This document shows positions 1-9,554 of a DNA stretch of 17,042 nt, one piece after another. A program made the position numbers and the translations under genes. Origin of the DNA: Limisphaerales bacterium (lineage in GTDB: Bacteria > Verrucomicrobiota > Verrucomicrobiia > Limisphaerales > JAJOIW01); the NCBI GenBank assembly GCA_965657355.1, contig CBFHOE010000002.1:487682-504723 (forward strand), read 5' to 3'. How positions within the stretch are numbered: the first letter of the stretch is position 1; each line of letters opens with the position of its first letter. Below the pieces are notes generated by a model. The model saw only the letters and a list, made by a program, of their open reading frames with translations. It was not told the origin of the DNA and ran no database searches.

Positions 1-2888
1 ACTACGCCCTGGAGCAATGGGATCAAGCAGTCGAATATCTTTCAAAACTGAGTACTTGGGATGAAGAGCACCCAGCCGTTTGGTATAACCTGGGCCAAGC
101 TCTGATCAGAGCCAACAGACCCGATGAGGCGGAGCTTGCCATGGAAATGCACCAGCAACAAGTGGCTATAAAGGGAACAGCCCAAACCCCCCAAAGAAAT
201 CTAGAAATTTGCAGACATACGGAAATCAAAGTCCCTTTCAATATAGAATTGCCAGCTAAGGAAGGGAATCGAATCCAATTCAAGGATGTCACATCCATTT
301 ATTTCAATAAATTAACAAATTCTTTTTCTGGGCCGATTGCGATTCTAGATTTTAATCACACTGGGAACAATTCTATCTGGGCAATTGAAGACGATTCTAA
401 ATTTAGGCTTTTAAAGAATTCCGGTGCTCAATTGGAACCAGCCGAATCCAGCTTTGATTTAAAGCCTGATGATTCTATCCAACAGGTGTTAGTAGGCGAT
501 CTTCAAAATAGTGGTTTTGAAGACATACTTGCACTCGGAGATAATGGGTTCTATGCGTTCAACATGATGACAAATGGTTTATTTAGAGAACAATCGACAT
601 TTGCAGGACTCGATGGAATTACAGGAGAAAAAGCTCTTTTAAGTGATTATAGCTTCACTGGGCATCTAGACCTCATTATCCAACAGGACTCACAATCGAC
701 AACTAACTTAATGACCCTAGAAAATATAGGAAACTACTATTTTTTTGATATAACCCAAACCTCAAGTGTTCCTTATGATATCAAAGGAGTGAAAGACCTG
801 GTGTTTGAGGATTGGAACCAGGATGATATGCTAGATTTGCTCGTCGCAAAAGAATCTGAAGCCATTGAAGTGTATCTCCGCCAAAGAGGAGCAGGATTTG
901 AAGTGTTAACAAATGGCCCGCCTCTTCCTATGGCAGAAAAATTCATAACGGGTGACTTGGACAATGATCTCATTCCAGATCTTGTTGCCTGTCACAAGAA
1001 CGTTATTACTGTTACGAGCCAAAGTTCCACTAATTGGGTTCAATTAGAAAAACCTGAAGGAAGCATCACCGAGGTATTGCTGACCGATATTGACAATGAT
1101 GGATGGAAGGACGTGGTAGGGTATGGCCAAACTATTGAAATTTGGAGAAATGTGGGCCCTTTGAGTTTCACAAACGTGACCAAAAATTACCTTGGAGAAA
1201 CAAAACCTCATGCGCCCATCCGGGAGTTATTTTTTGCTGACATGGATAACGATGGCGACTCGGATATGATTATTGATTCTCCAAATCATAATATTCAAAT
1301 TCTTTCAAATGAAGGTGGAGATCAGAATAAGCTTTTCAAATTGCGACTCGACGGAACCCGCTCCAATAGAAGTGGACTTGGAATACAGATTGAGCTCACA
1401 TCAGGCAATTGGAGGACCCTTCACACTGTTCATTCACTACCCATTGAGATAGGAATTGGAGAAAGAGAATCCATCGATATTTTAAAGGTCCGGTGGTCGG
1501 ATGCTGCCGATGGAGAAGTCGGGGTAACGGTAAATCCAAACCAGACATGGCAAGTTACAGAATTGAGGATAGCTACTGGATCCTGCCCATACCTTTATGC
1601 TTGGGATGGGGAAAAACATGTATTCGTCACCGACCTTCTCGGGGCCGCTCCATTAGGGCTGCCTGCAACCAGGGATTTCTTCATTCCGGGAGACCCTGTA
1701 GAAATTGTAAAAATAGGAACCCAAGACTCTTTCAAGCCTAGACAAGGGCACTACACTTTACAAGTCACCGAAGAACTAAGAGAGGTCCTCTATCTTGATG
1801 AAGCAAAACTTTTAGTTGTTGACCATCCACAAGAAATCGAAGTTTTTTCAACTTCCAAACTCGCTTCCGGCCCACCGCCTAAGCACAGGATTATCGCAGC
1901 CAAAAAAGGGGTAAAATTAAATTCAGCTTTTAGGTCAGATGGATTAGACGTTCTCAAAGCTATTTCCAAGGAAGATAAAGAAATGGTCAGCCCAATAACT
2001 CTGAGGGAACCACAATACCGTGGGTTGGCTGAGCCATGGTATCTAGAAATTGCATTCGAAGAAATTGATTCCATTATCAATCCAACTCTGGTTCTTAATG
2101 GCTGGTTGCAATTTGGTGGAGGAATGGCAAACATTTCCGGGTCTCTTCGAAAAGACTTTCCTTTCCCATTTCCATACGCGGAAGCATGGAGTCCATCACG
2201 CGGATGGGAAAAACTCGACTTGGATCTCGGGGCTCCAGCAGGAAAAACAAAAACGATCATCGCTTCGCTAAAAAACAAACTTCCAAAATCTACACAAAAA
2301 CTGAGAATTCACACTGCATTTGAAATTCACTGGGATCGGGTTGCAATCATGAGTGAAGTCTCCCTAGACAAGATCAAGATAAATGAGTTTCATCCAAGCT
2401 CTGCCCACCTGCACTGGCGAGGATTTTCAAAAATGTACCGCACTTCGGATGACCAGCCCGAGATTGCAATTTATGAAGATGTCTCACAAAAACCAAATTG
2501 GACGCATACACCTGAAGGTTGGTGCACCAAGTATGGCGATGTTTTATCACTCATCAAAAAAACGGATGATAAACTTGCCTTACTCAATGGTGGTGATGAA
2601 CTAACCCTTTTATTTCAGTCAGATGAAATCAAGTCCAAGCCCAAAGGACATATGCGGAGTTTTTTCTTTTATAATGTAGGGTGGGATAAGGATGCTGATT
2701 TCCATGTTGCTGAAGGAGATAAAGTCGAGCCATTACCGTGGCACGGAATGGATTACCAGCTCTATGGATCGGAACCCTACCCCACATCTAAGTCCAGTGC
2801 CTGGATTAAAAAATGGAATACTCGATGGGTACCAAATTTTACTTTTGAGAGATCACCATTGAAACGAACCCAGAAGGAGATACATTAA
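1..2888 (+). CDS. TPR + FG-GAP/VCBS repeat + ASPIC/UnbV (CRTAC1-like) protein with a long C-terminal domain; 5' end lies outside the window
   Basis: The frame is open from position 3 (YALEQWDQAVEYLSKLSTWDEEHPAVWYNLGQALIRANRPDEAELAM, a TPR-like helix pair), so Met141 is internal. Repeated DxDxDGxxD-type motifs follow (GDLQNSGFED, SDYSFTGHLD, EDWNQDDMLD, GDLDNDLIPD, TDIDNDGWKD, ADMDNDGDSD), then ASPIC-like 'LRLDGTRSNRSGLGIQIEL...IGIG...LKVRWSD', then 'GSCPYLYAWDG'. Stop TAA at 2886-2888. Confidence 0.85.
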   Translation, partial: YALEQWDQAVEYLSKLSTWDEEHPAVWYNLGQALIRANRPDEAELAMEMHQQQVAIKGTAQTPQRNLEICRHTEIKVPFNIELPAKEGNRIQFKDVTSIYFNKLTNSFSGPIAILDFNHTGNNSIWAIEDDSKFRLLKNSGAQLEPAESSFDLKPDDSIQQVLVGDLQNSGFEDILALGDNGFYAFNMMTNGLFREQSTFAGLDGITGEKALLSDYSFTGHLDLIIQQDSQSTTNLMTLENIGNYYFFDITQTSSVPYDIKGVKDLVFEDWNQDDMLDLLVAKESEAIEVYLRQRGAGFEVLTNGPPLPMAEKFITGDLDNDLIPDLVACHKNVITVTSQSSTNWVQLEKPEGSITEVLLTDIDNDGWKDVVGYGQTIEIWRNVGPLSFTNVTKNYLGETKPHAPIRELFFADMDNDGDSDMIIDSPNHNIQILSNEGGDQNKLFKLRLDGTRSNRSGLGIQIELTSGNWRTLHTVHSLPIEIGIGERESIDILKVRWSDAADGEVGVTVNPNQTWQVTELRIATGSCPYLYAWDGEKHVFVTDLLGAAPLGLPATRDFFIPGDPVEIVKIGTQDSFKPRQGHYTLQVTEELREVLYLDEAKLLVVDHPQEIEVFSTSKLASGPPPKHRIIAAKKGVKLNSAFRSDGLDVLKAISKEDKEMVSPITLREPQYRGLAEPWYLEIAFEEIDSIINPTLVLNGWLQFGGGMANISGSLRKDFPFPFPYAEAWSPSRGWEKLDLDLGAPAGKTKTIIASLKNKLPKSTQKLRIHTAFEIHWDRVAIMSEVSLDKIKINEFHPSSAHLHWRGFSKMYRTSDDQPEIAIYEDVSQKPNWTHTPEGWCTKYGDVLSLIKKTDDKLALLNGGDELTLLFQSDEIKSKPKGHMRSFFFYNVGWDKDADFHVAEGDKVEPLPWHGMDYQLYGSEPYPTSKSSAWIKKWNTRWVPNFTFERSPLKRTQKEIH

Positions 2889-2895
2889 CAAATTA

Positions 2896-5484
2896 TTATG
2901 AAGGGGCTGGCTCTTTGGGGTTCGCTACACTTGAACGGGTCTCTTGGAGAATTTGGTTAATCTCCTTAAGCTTAAAGCCCTTGATCAGGGGATTCAATGA
3001 ATTCTGTAAAGGCTGCATCGCTGTGTTTTCCTGAGCCATTTTATTAAGCTGCTGCTCTAGGCCTTTCAAATTCCCTCGCTTGGCAAGGTCGATAAGCTGG
3101 TCTAAATGCTCGTAGCTAGCTTCAGTCAGTTTGGCGTTCACTTTGGTGTCAGGTGATGAATCCACCTTAGTTACCAGTCCATGACTTTCGCCATCAGTAT
3201 TAAACTCCCACTCCATATTCAAGTGCTTATGCAAAGTTTCGAGAAGCAAAGATCTCCTTACAGGTTTTGGAATAAAATCATTCGCACCAGCATTTAGTGA
3301 CTCACTCCTATTCGAAGCAAAAGCACTTGCAGAAACCGTTATAATGGTGGGTTGCCGTTTGAGGTTAAGTTTACGAATTGCGCGTGTTGCCTCATACCCA
3401 TTGCTTCTTGGCATCCGAAGATCCATAAGTATACAGTGTGGATTCAATTGAGAAGCCTTCTCAACAGCCTCGACACCATCAGAAGCAAAAACCAATTCGA
3501 AGCCTAGAGGCTGGAGAAGCTCCTGGAGTATAGACCTGTTTTCCACTTTATCATCGACAATCAGAAGAGTTAGCCGTTCTCCAATATATCCGATTATTTT
3601 ACTATGATCTCGAGCCGCTTTCTTGGCTGCCGAAACTGCATCCGAATCATCTGCAGCGGCGCCCATCCAAATAGCAGTTGCATCATTCACCTCTTTGGTG
3701 CCATTTACTTCAACCGGTGGCAATTCAACAGCAAAAAAGAAACGACTTCCGTTGCCTATTTTACTGTCTACTTTGAGTTCCCCGCCCAGCATGTTCGTTA
3801 ACTTACGGCTTATAGCCAGGCCGAGACCTGTTCCTTCCGTCATTCTGTCGACTCGCCCCACCTGTTGGAATGGAGAAAAGATAGATTCGATATGTTCTTT
3901 AGATATCCCCTGACCGGTGTCTCTAACCTCAAAATAGACAGACTTCCCATCCATTTTTACCATTAAAGAAACTTTGCCCTCATCCGTGAATTTGACCGCA
4001 TTAGATAGCAAATTCATTAAAACCTGTCTTAAACGACTGTCATCTCCATGGACCATTTCTGGTAAATCTTCAGACTTTTCCAGAGCGAACTTTATTTTTT
4101 TTTGGCGAGCCCTTAGTTCAATAATCCGACCTAAGTTATCCACTAGGTCAGAGAGAGAAAAGTCGACCGGGTGGAGTTCCATTCTTCCTGCTTCAACCTT
4201 TGATAGGTCAAGGATGTCGTTAATCAAATTCAATAAATGCTCTCCGCTTCTCAAAATAACACTAACACCTTCAGTTTGCTTGGGGGTAAGGTCTGGACTT
4301 TGTTTGAGAATTTGAGCGTATCCCAAAATACCATTGAGCGGGGTTCTCAGCTCGTGACTCATATTGGCCAAAAAAGTCGATTTGGCTTTATTTGCAGATT
4401 CAGCAACAGATTGCCTATCTTTAAGGTATTGGATCATATTTCTGATCTGACCTTTCATTTTCTCAAAACTATCCGCCAGGAGCCCGAGTTCATCGTCCGC
4501 CCTAACTTGAATATCGGTTTCAAGATCACCCTCAGCCATTTTATCCGTCGCTGTTACCAATGCTCGAATGGGACGGGTAAAACCACGGGTAATCCATAAG
4601 CTGGCGGGAACAACAACGAGCATAAGTATGAGTATTAAAAAAACAGTCAATTTTCGCAGACCAACCACTCCAGACAAAACTTCCTGCATTGGGATACTAC
4701 GTATTAAAATCCAATACCTTGCGTCGTCCATACTGTCGAAATGAATGCGCTGCATCGCCACCACTCGGTTTTCAGCTGAATCGAAATAAACCTCGTTATC
4801 CGATTTATCTAGGAATTCGGTAATTCCAGGAAAATCCACTTTCCAAGACATCTCTCCACTCTTCGATAAAGAGCAAAGAACGCAATCCGTATCGGGATGT
4901 AGCAGGTAATCACCATTGGGCATACCGACGTAATCCACCTCGGATTCATTACCGCCCGTGTAGGCATCATATTTCTCTGAAACGATTCGTTGGAAGAAAT
5001 CGTAAGCGTTGAGTTCCAACCTCAAGTAAAGAGGTTCTCCAGATCTCATCCTATCACCCAGTCTGCGGCGAGGGCTCCGATCAGAACGACTGGAACCGCC
5101 AAAATAAAATCTATTAACGGCCCAGATGTTGAGCACCGGCTCGGGGGGCTGGATAATCTTACCATTCGAGTCGAGAGCCGGTTTTACATCACTGATATAA
5201 GTCCCAGGAGAATTAAATCTAAAAATACTACTTTGAGAAGAATTGAATCGTCCTCCATTTTCTTTCTCGATGGTCTTAGCTGTTTTATCGAGGTAATTCT
5301 TAAAGGCTATAAATGAAGGGTCGCTTGAGTAATTCAGATGTGAGTTTATTTTCAGAGCACCTCGCTGCATGGATTCTGTCCCATTGATGTCATGACTACC
5401 AAGATGCGCCCCGTCCTTATCTACGTAATGCACGCTTCTAAACAAATTGGGGTTATTGAGGAGGTCTAATAATTCCTGTCTCAT
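2896..5484 (-). CDS. Hybrid sensor histidine kinase (Cache-like sensor, TM, HAMP, HisKA, HATPase, REC); main C-terminal portion of a frameshifted gene
   Basis: Cache-like 'GMPNGDYLLHPD...YWILIRSIPMQEV'; TM 'LTVFLILILMLVVVPASLWI'; HAMP 'TRPIRALVTATDKMAEGDL...DDELGLLADSFEKM'; H-box 'FLANMSHELRTPLNGILG'; N/G boxes 'QVLMNLLSNAVKFT', 'DTGQGI', 'GTGLGLAI'; REC 'LIVDD...ILMDLRMP...VSAS...FIPKP'. The frame stays open upstream to 5601. Confidence 0.93.
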   Translation of the reverse strand: MRQELLDLLNNPNLFRSVHYVDKDGAHLGSHDINGTESMQRGALKINSHLNYSSDPSFIAFKNYLDKTAKTIEKENGGRFNSSQSSIFRFNSPGTYISDVKPALDSNGKIIQPPEPVLNIWAVNRFYFGGSSRSDRSPRRRLGDRMRSGEPLYLRLELNAYDFFQRIVSEKYDAYTGGNESEVDYVGMPNGDYLLHPDTDCVLCSLSKSGEMSWKVDFPGITEFLDKSDNEVYFDSAENRVVAMQRIHFDSMDDARYWILIRSIPMQEVLSGVVGLRKLTVFLILILMLVVVPASLWITRGFTRPIRALVTATDKMAEGDLETDIQVRADDELGLLADSFEKMKGQIRNMIQYLKDRQSVAESANKAKSTFLANMSHELRTPLNGILGYAQILKQSPDLTPKQTEGVSVILRSGEHLLNLINDILDLSKVEAGRMELHPVDFSLSDLVDNLGRIIELRARQKKIKFALEKSEDLPEMVHGDDSRLRQVLMNLLSNAVKFTDEGKVSLMVKMDGKSVYFEVRDTGQGISKEHIESIFSPFQQVGRVDRMTEGTGLGLAISRKLTNMLGGELKVDSKIGNGSRFFFAVELPPVEVNGTKEVNDATAIWMGAAADDSDAVSAAKKAARDHSKIIGYIGERLTLLIVDDKVENRSILQELLQPLGFELVFASDGVEAVEKASQLNPHCILMDLRMPRSNGYEATRAIRKLNLKRQPTIITVSASAFASNRSESLNAGANDFIPKPVRRSLLLETLHKHLNMEWEFNTDGESHGLVTKVDSSPDTKVNAKLTEASYEHLDQLIDLAKRGNLKGLEQQLNKMAQENTAMQPLQNSLNPLIKGFKLKEINQILQETRSSVANPKEPAPS

Positions 5485-5525
5485 TGCATAAGATGGCTGT
5501 TGAAAAACATTCTTTTTGAAAATCT

Positions 5526-5918
5526 CTACGAGAGAATCGATAAGCCCCTTTCCCTTCGCTTCAAGTTTTTCTGCAACGCTTTCCTGACCGGTGGGATTTT
5601 CTTATTGATTGATCTTTGAGAGTTATTTTGTTGGGTGTCTTGTCGATTAAACCGGAAAGCTACCGCCATAGTTTCCTGGATATACCTGAGATCATTCTCA
5701 ATCTTTTCTGAAATGAGCTCGTTGGAAAGCCTCAGCTCTCGAACCGTAGATTTCTTAAGAACATTCTGAAACCAAAAATTACCAACGACAGAACTGATTA
5801 AAATGGGTACGACAGCCATACTAAATATAATGACAACTAATCTTCTTTGAAGATTAGACCTGAAGAAGGCCATAAATTTGGATCGATAACCTTCTCTTGA
5901 GTTACTCTTGTCTTTCAT
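5526..5918 (-). CDS. N-terminal fragment (cytoplasmic leader, TM1, start of sensor domain) of the hybrid kinase, separated from the rest by an apparent frameshift
   Basis: 'RSNLQRRLVVIIFSMAVVPILISSVVGNFWFQNVLKKSTVRELRLSNELISEKIENDL' is a typical sensor-kinase TM1 plus first sensor helix. The downstream ORF lacks TM1, and the two frames overlap openly at 5526-5601. Confidence 0.8.
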   Translation of the reverse strand: MKDKSNSREGYRSKFMAFFRSNLQRRLVVIIFSMAVVPILISSVVGNFWFQNVLKKSTVRELRLSNELISEKIENDLRYIQETMAVAFRFNRQDTQQNNSQRSINKKIPPVRKALQKNLKRRERGLSILS

Positions 5919-5986
5919 AATATTTTCAATCCCGAAAACAACCTAAAGATTGCTAATAAGTTCTGCACACCCAATTGAGCCCTTTT

Positions 5987-6016
5987 ATAATATACCTCTG
6001 ATTAAATTGACGGCAA
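5987..6016 (-). promoter_or_regulatory. Possible sigma70-type promoter for the kinase gene, with a palindrome over the -35
   Basis: Minus strand TTGCCG (6016-6011), then TATATT at 16 nt or TATTAT at 18 nt. The inverted repeat AAATTG-acgg-CAATTT (6004-6019) overlaps the -35. Confidence 0.3.
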
Positions 6017-6045
6017 TTTTAAGAATTCGGATGTCCCTTTATTTA

Positions 6046-7362
6046 TTATTTTAAATAGACATTCTCAGCTCCATCCCAATCTGAGGGAACGCCCTCGACC
6101 ATATATTTTGCACTTCTTTGCAGGTAAATGCGCGCCGCCTTATCTTGGGGGTTTGTTTCTAAAACGGTATTGAATGACACACTTGCTTCAGCAAACTGCT
6201 TCTTATAATAGTTAAGAATTCCCTTTTCAAAATCTTCTCTGGAGTCTGATTTTTTAGAGATAATGTCATGCGAATCACCGTCATACACTTCGTACAATTT
6301 CACCTTACTGACTCGCCCTTTTACTTTGACTGAATCCAAAAATCGGATTTTAAAATTTTTAGGATTTATAAGTTTTTGATAGGTGACTTCGCTGATTACA
6401 ATAGAAGAATCATAGACGCGGGTGAGCCCTTCAATCCTAGAAGCTAAATTTACATTATCGGAAACAACAGCTCCTTGCATGCGCTCCTCCTCGCCCACAA
6501 TTCCAAGCATTAAATCCCCTGTATGCAACCCAATCCCAACTCGTATCGGCGGGTCATCTAGCGCTTTTGCCGTATTAACTTCTTGGACTTTTTTAACGAC
6601 TCGAATAGCAGCATTCAAAGCATCATCCGGTGATTGATGAAAAAGAGCCATTATGCCATCTCCGTAATACTGATCAATGAATCCAGAATATTCTCGAATC
6701 AAAGGACCAACTAAACTGAAATAATCGACGACAAACTGAAAATTTTGAATGGGATCGAATTTCTCAGATAAGGTTGTCCACCCATGTATATCCGAGAAAA
6801 AAACAGTCATTTCCATGGCTACATGATCCCCTAGTTCAATTTCTGTGATATGGGACTTATTGAGAAATTTGAGAAATTCCTGGGGCACAAATTTTCGGTA
6901 GCTTGCATTGAGTTTCTGCAGCTCCATTGTTCTCTGTCTGACTTGTACTTCAAGATCCCTTTGCAAGCTGCTCAGCATGATTTGGGTGCGGACTCGGGCC
7001 AGAACTTCACTGTGTTGAAAAGGCTTGGTGATATAATCCACCCCACCAACATCGAATCCTTTCACTTTGTCAGGAGTTTCAGCTAAAGCCGTCATGAAAA
7101 TTACGGGAGTCCATGATGTTTCGGGGTTCTCCTTTAGTCGCCTACAGGTTTCGAATCCATCAATACCCGGCATCATAACATCAAGGAGTATAATATCCGG
7201 CTTGGCATACTTGACCTGCTCAATGGCCCCTTCCCCATCAATGGCTACCAAAACCTCATAGTTTGCGTTGACCAACACCTCTTGCAAAACTTCCAAATTA
7301 GTCGGTGTATCATCAACAATGAGGACAATTCCATTTGAAGATTGGTGGTCTGTTTCACTCAT
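6046..7362 (-). CDS. Response regulator receiver + class III adenylate/guanylate cyclase + C-terminal TPR-like tail
   Basis: REC '[10 protein letters not shown]...[12 protein letters not shown]...FMTA...YITKPF'; coiled-coil linker; cyclase motifs '[14 protein letters not shown]', '[13 protein letters not shown]', 'GIGLHTG...GIVG...[15 protein letters not shown]', 'VKVKGR'; tail '[16 protein letters not shown]...[13 protein letters not shown]'. Confidence 0.93.
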   Translation of the reverse strand: MSETDHQSSNGIVLIVDDTPTNLEVLQEVLVNANYEVLVAIDGEGAIEQVKYAKPDIILLDVMMPGIDGFETCRRLKENPETSWTPVIFMTALAETPDKVKGFDVGGVDYITKPFQHSEVLARVRTQIMLSSLQRDLEVQVRQRTMELQKLNASYRKFVPQEFLKFLNKSHITEIELGDHVAMEMTVFFSDIHGWTTLSEKFDPIQNFQFVVDYFSLVGPLIREYSGFIDQYYGDGIMALFHQSPDDALNAAIRVVKKVQEVNTAKALDDPPIRVGIGLHTGDLMLGIVGEEERMQGAVVSDNVNLASRIEGLTRVYDSSIVISEVTYQKLINPKNFKIRFLDSVKVKGRVSKVKLYEVYDGDSHDIISKKSDSREDFEKGILNYYKKQFAEASVSFNTVLETNPQDKAARIYLQRSAKYMVEGVPSDWDGAENVYLK

Positions 7363-7468
7363 ACCATTTAATTTCTCTAAAGATTACACTTTTTTTAAAA
7401 ATTCCAAAAGTCCATACTGGAAGAAGCAATCCCACAACAGCATTCTGAGAATTTATAAAATTATACCA

Positions 7469-8998
7469 ATGACAAACCATATGATCACGACTTCCATTCG
7501 ATTCTTGTCTATAGCCTTAATGGTGACTCTAGGACTAGAAGCGACAGCATCAAAACCGAACATTCTCTTCGTGTTCACCGACGATCATGCTGCGCACGCC
7601 ATTAGTGCCTACGGTTCTGAGATAAATACCACCCCAAATATTGATAGAATTGCCAAGGAGGGAATGAAATTTGAAAGATGCTACGTGACGAATTCCATTT
7701 GTGGACCGAGCAGAGCTACTATTCTTACGGGTAAATATAATCACCTCAATGGATTTGTAAGAAACGGAAATACATTTAATGGCGAGCAACAAACATTTCC
7801 GAAATTACTAGGAAAAATAGGCTATCAAACCGCCGTAATTGGCAAATGGCATTTGAAATCTACGCCCATAGGATTTGATCATTATGATGTTCTCATTGGG
7901 CAGGGTCCGTATTACAACCCACCAATGAAATCCAGAGGTGATAACGGAAAACCAATTACTACAAAGCATGTTGGTTATACGACTGATATAGTTACCGATA
8001 AAGCTTTGGATTATTTGAAATCGACCAGAGATAAATCCAAGCCATTTATGTTGATGATGCAACACAAAGCACCACACAGAAATTGGCAACCAGGTCCAGA
8101 CCATTTGACCATGTATGATGGGATCGAAATACCTGAACCAGAATCCCTGAGAGATGATTACTCAGGCAAAGCTTCTCCTGCACGCACCCAAAAAATGACA
8201 ATCACGAGCCACCTCAGCGCTAAAGATTTGAAACTTAATGGTGCTCCAAAAAATCTTAACGAATCCCAAAAAGAACTATGGAATAATGCTTACGCTCCAA
8301 AAAATAAGGCATTTGAAGAAGCTCAGTTAACTGGGGATGAACTGTTAAAATGGAAATATCAGCGGTATATAAAAGACTATTTGAGATGCGTCGCCTCAGT
8401 GGATGACAATCTTGGAAAGGTTCTAGATTATCTTGATTCATCGGGATTATCCAAAAACACAGTGGTTATTTATTCATCAGACCAAGGATGGTATTTAGGT
8501 GACCATGGATGGTATGACAAAAGGTGGATGTACGAGGAATCATTGAAAATGCCATTCCTTGTCAGGTGGCCGGGAGTGATCAAACCTGGATCCGTTTGTA
8601 ATGACATTGTCAGCAATGTGGACTTTGCCGAAACCTTCCTTGAAATTGCTGGAGCTCAGATTCCTAGTGACATGCAAGGTCAATCGTTGTTACCCATCCT
8701 AAAGGGGCAAAAACCGAATAATTGGAGAACGACTTTTTATTACCATTACTATGAATTTCCCGGGGCTCATAGCGTGAGAAGGCACTATGGTGTCACTACT
8801 GGTCGATATAAACTTATTCATTATTACAATATAGATGAATGGGAATTATTTGACCTTGATGAAGATCCCGAGGAATACACCAGTGTTTATGGTAAGTCCG
8901 AATACAACGCAATCTTTGCCGATCTTTCAAGAGAATTAAAAAGACTCCAACAACAACTGCAGGTCCCAGATGTGGATCCATTTCCACTAAAAAGATAA
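7469..8998 (+). CDS. Secreted formylglycine-dependent S1 sulfatase (resembles the N-acetylglucosamine-6-sulfatase-like subfamily S1_11; subfamily call tentative)
   Basis: Signal peptide 'M(TNHM)[22 protein letters not shown]', then '[12 protein letters not shown]'; Cys-type signature '[14 protein letters not shown]' (CxPxR); 'GKWHL', 'HKAPHRNW', '[24 protein letters not shown]'. Start placed at ATG 7469 (or 7481) rather than TTG 7268. Confidence 0.93.
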   Translation: MTNHMITTSIRFLSIALMVTLGLEATASKPNILFVFTDDHAAHAISAYGSEINTTPNIDRIAKEGMKFERCYVTNSICGPSRATILTGKYNHLNGFVRNGNTFNGEQQTFPKLLGKIGYQTAVIGKWHLKSTPIGFDHYDVLIGQGPYYNPPMKSRGDNGKPITTKHVGYTTDIVTDKALDYLKSTRDKSKPFMLMMQHKAPHRNWQPGPDHLTMYDGIEIPEPESLRDDYSGKASPARTQKMTITSHLSAKDLKLNGAPKNLNESQKELWNNAYAPKNKAFEEAQLTGDELLKWKYQRYIKDYLRCVASVDDNLGKVLDYLDSSGLSKNTVVIYSSDQGWYLGDHGWYDKRWMYEESLKMPFLVRWPGVIKPGSVCNDIVSNVDFAETFLEIAGAQIPSDMQGQSLLPILKGQKPNNWRTTFYYHYYEFPGAHSVRRHYGVTTGRYKLIHYYNIDEWELFDLDEDPEEYTSVYGKSEYNAIFADLSRELKRLQQQLQVPDVDPFPLKR

Positions 8999-9064
8999 AA
9001 ATTTTCCAGGAGTTTATTATAAATAATTGAACCACATAACGACAGATCTCTGGCTCGACACAAA

Positions 9065-9541
9065 GTGGAATACAAAGTAGCCATCGTGAGTGATTCCCAC
9101 GGGCTCAATCGAAAGAGCTTGGGAAGTGCATTCAAAGAAGTTGAATGGGTCCTTCACGCGGGAGATTTTGAAACCCAAAATTGCCTGAATTACTTTAAAA
9201 ATCTTGATACTAAATTTTTTGCAGTTAGAGGAAATGTTGATTTTGGCCAGTGGGCACAGTCTCTTCCAAAAACACAATTAGTTACGATTGGGACTACCTT
9301 CATTTACATGGTACATAACCTCAACGATTTAGATATAGCACCTGAAGCTGCAGGCTGCCGTTTTGTGATTTTTGGTCACACCCATAAAGCTGAATCTTTT
9401 AAGAGAAATGGGGTTCATTACATAAATCCGGGAAGTGTAGGACCCAAAAGAAAAGAGTGCTCTACATCACTAGCCCTCTTGGAATTCGATGATCCGGAAA
9501 CATCTTCTGATTATTGTCTGAAATTTATAGATGTGGATTAA
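9065..9541 (+). CDS. YfcE/MJ0936-family metallophosphoesterase (phosphodiesterase)
   Basis: Calcineurin-like motifs in order: 'SDSHG', 'HAGD', 'VRGNVD', 'MVHN', 'FGHTH', 'INPGS'; 158 aa; GTG start. Confidence 0.9.
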   Translation: MEYKVAIVSDSHGLNRKSLGSAFKEVEWVLHAGDFETQNCLNYFKNLDTKFFAVRGNVDFGQWAQSLPKTQLVTIGTTFIYMVHNLNDLDIAPEAAGCRFVIFGHTHKAESFKRNGVHYINPGSVGPKRKECSTSLALLEFDDPETSSDYCLKFIDVD

Positions 9542-9554
9542 AGGAAATCAGATT

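Noticed and set aside
141..143. Met141 as the start of the first gene
   Set aside because: The frame is open to the window edge with TPR-like sequence, so the true start is upstream.
4095..4103. A9 tract in the kinase coding strand as a phase-variation site
   Set aside because: It is in frame and encodes an ordinary QKKI; such runs are expected at this AT content and there is no evidence of variation.
7268..7468. 67-aa N-terminal extension of the sulfatase from TTG 7268
   Set aside because: It overlaps the divergent cyclase start and precedes a clear signal peptide; ATG 7469 or 7481 is the more likely start.
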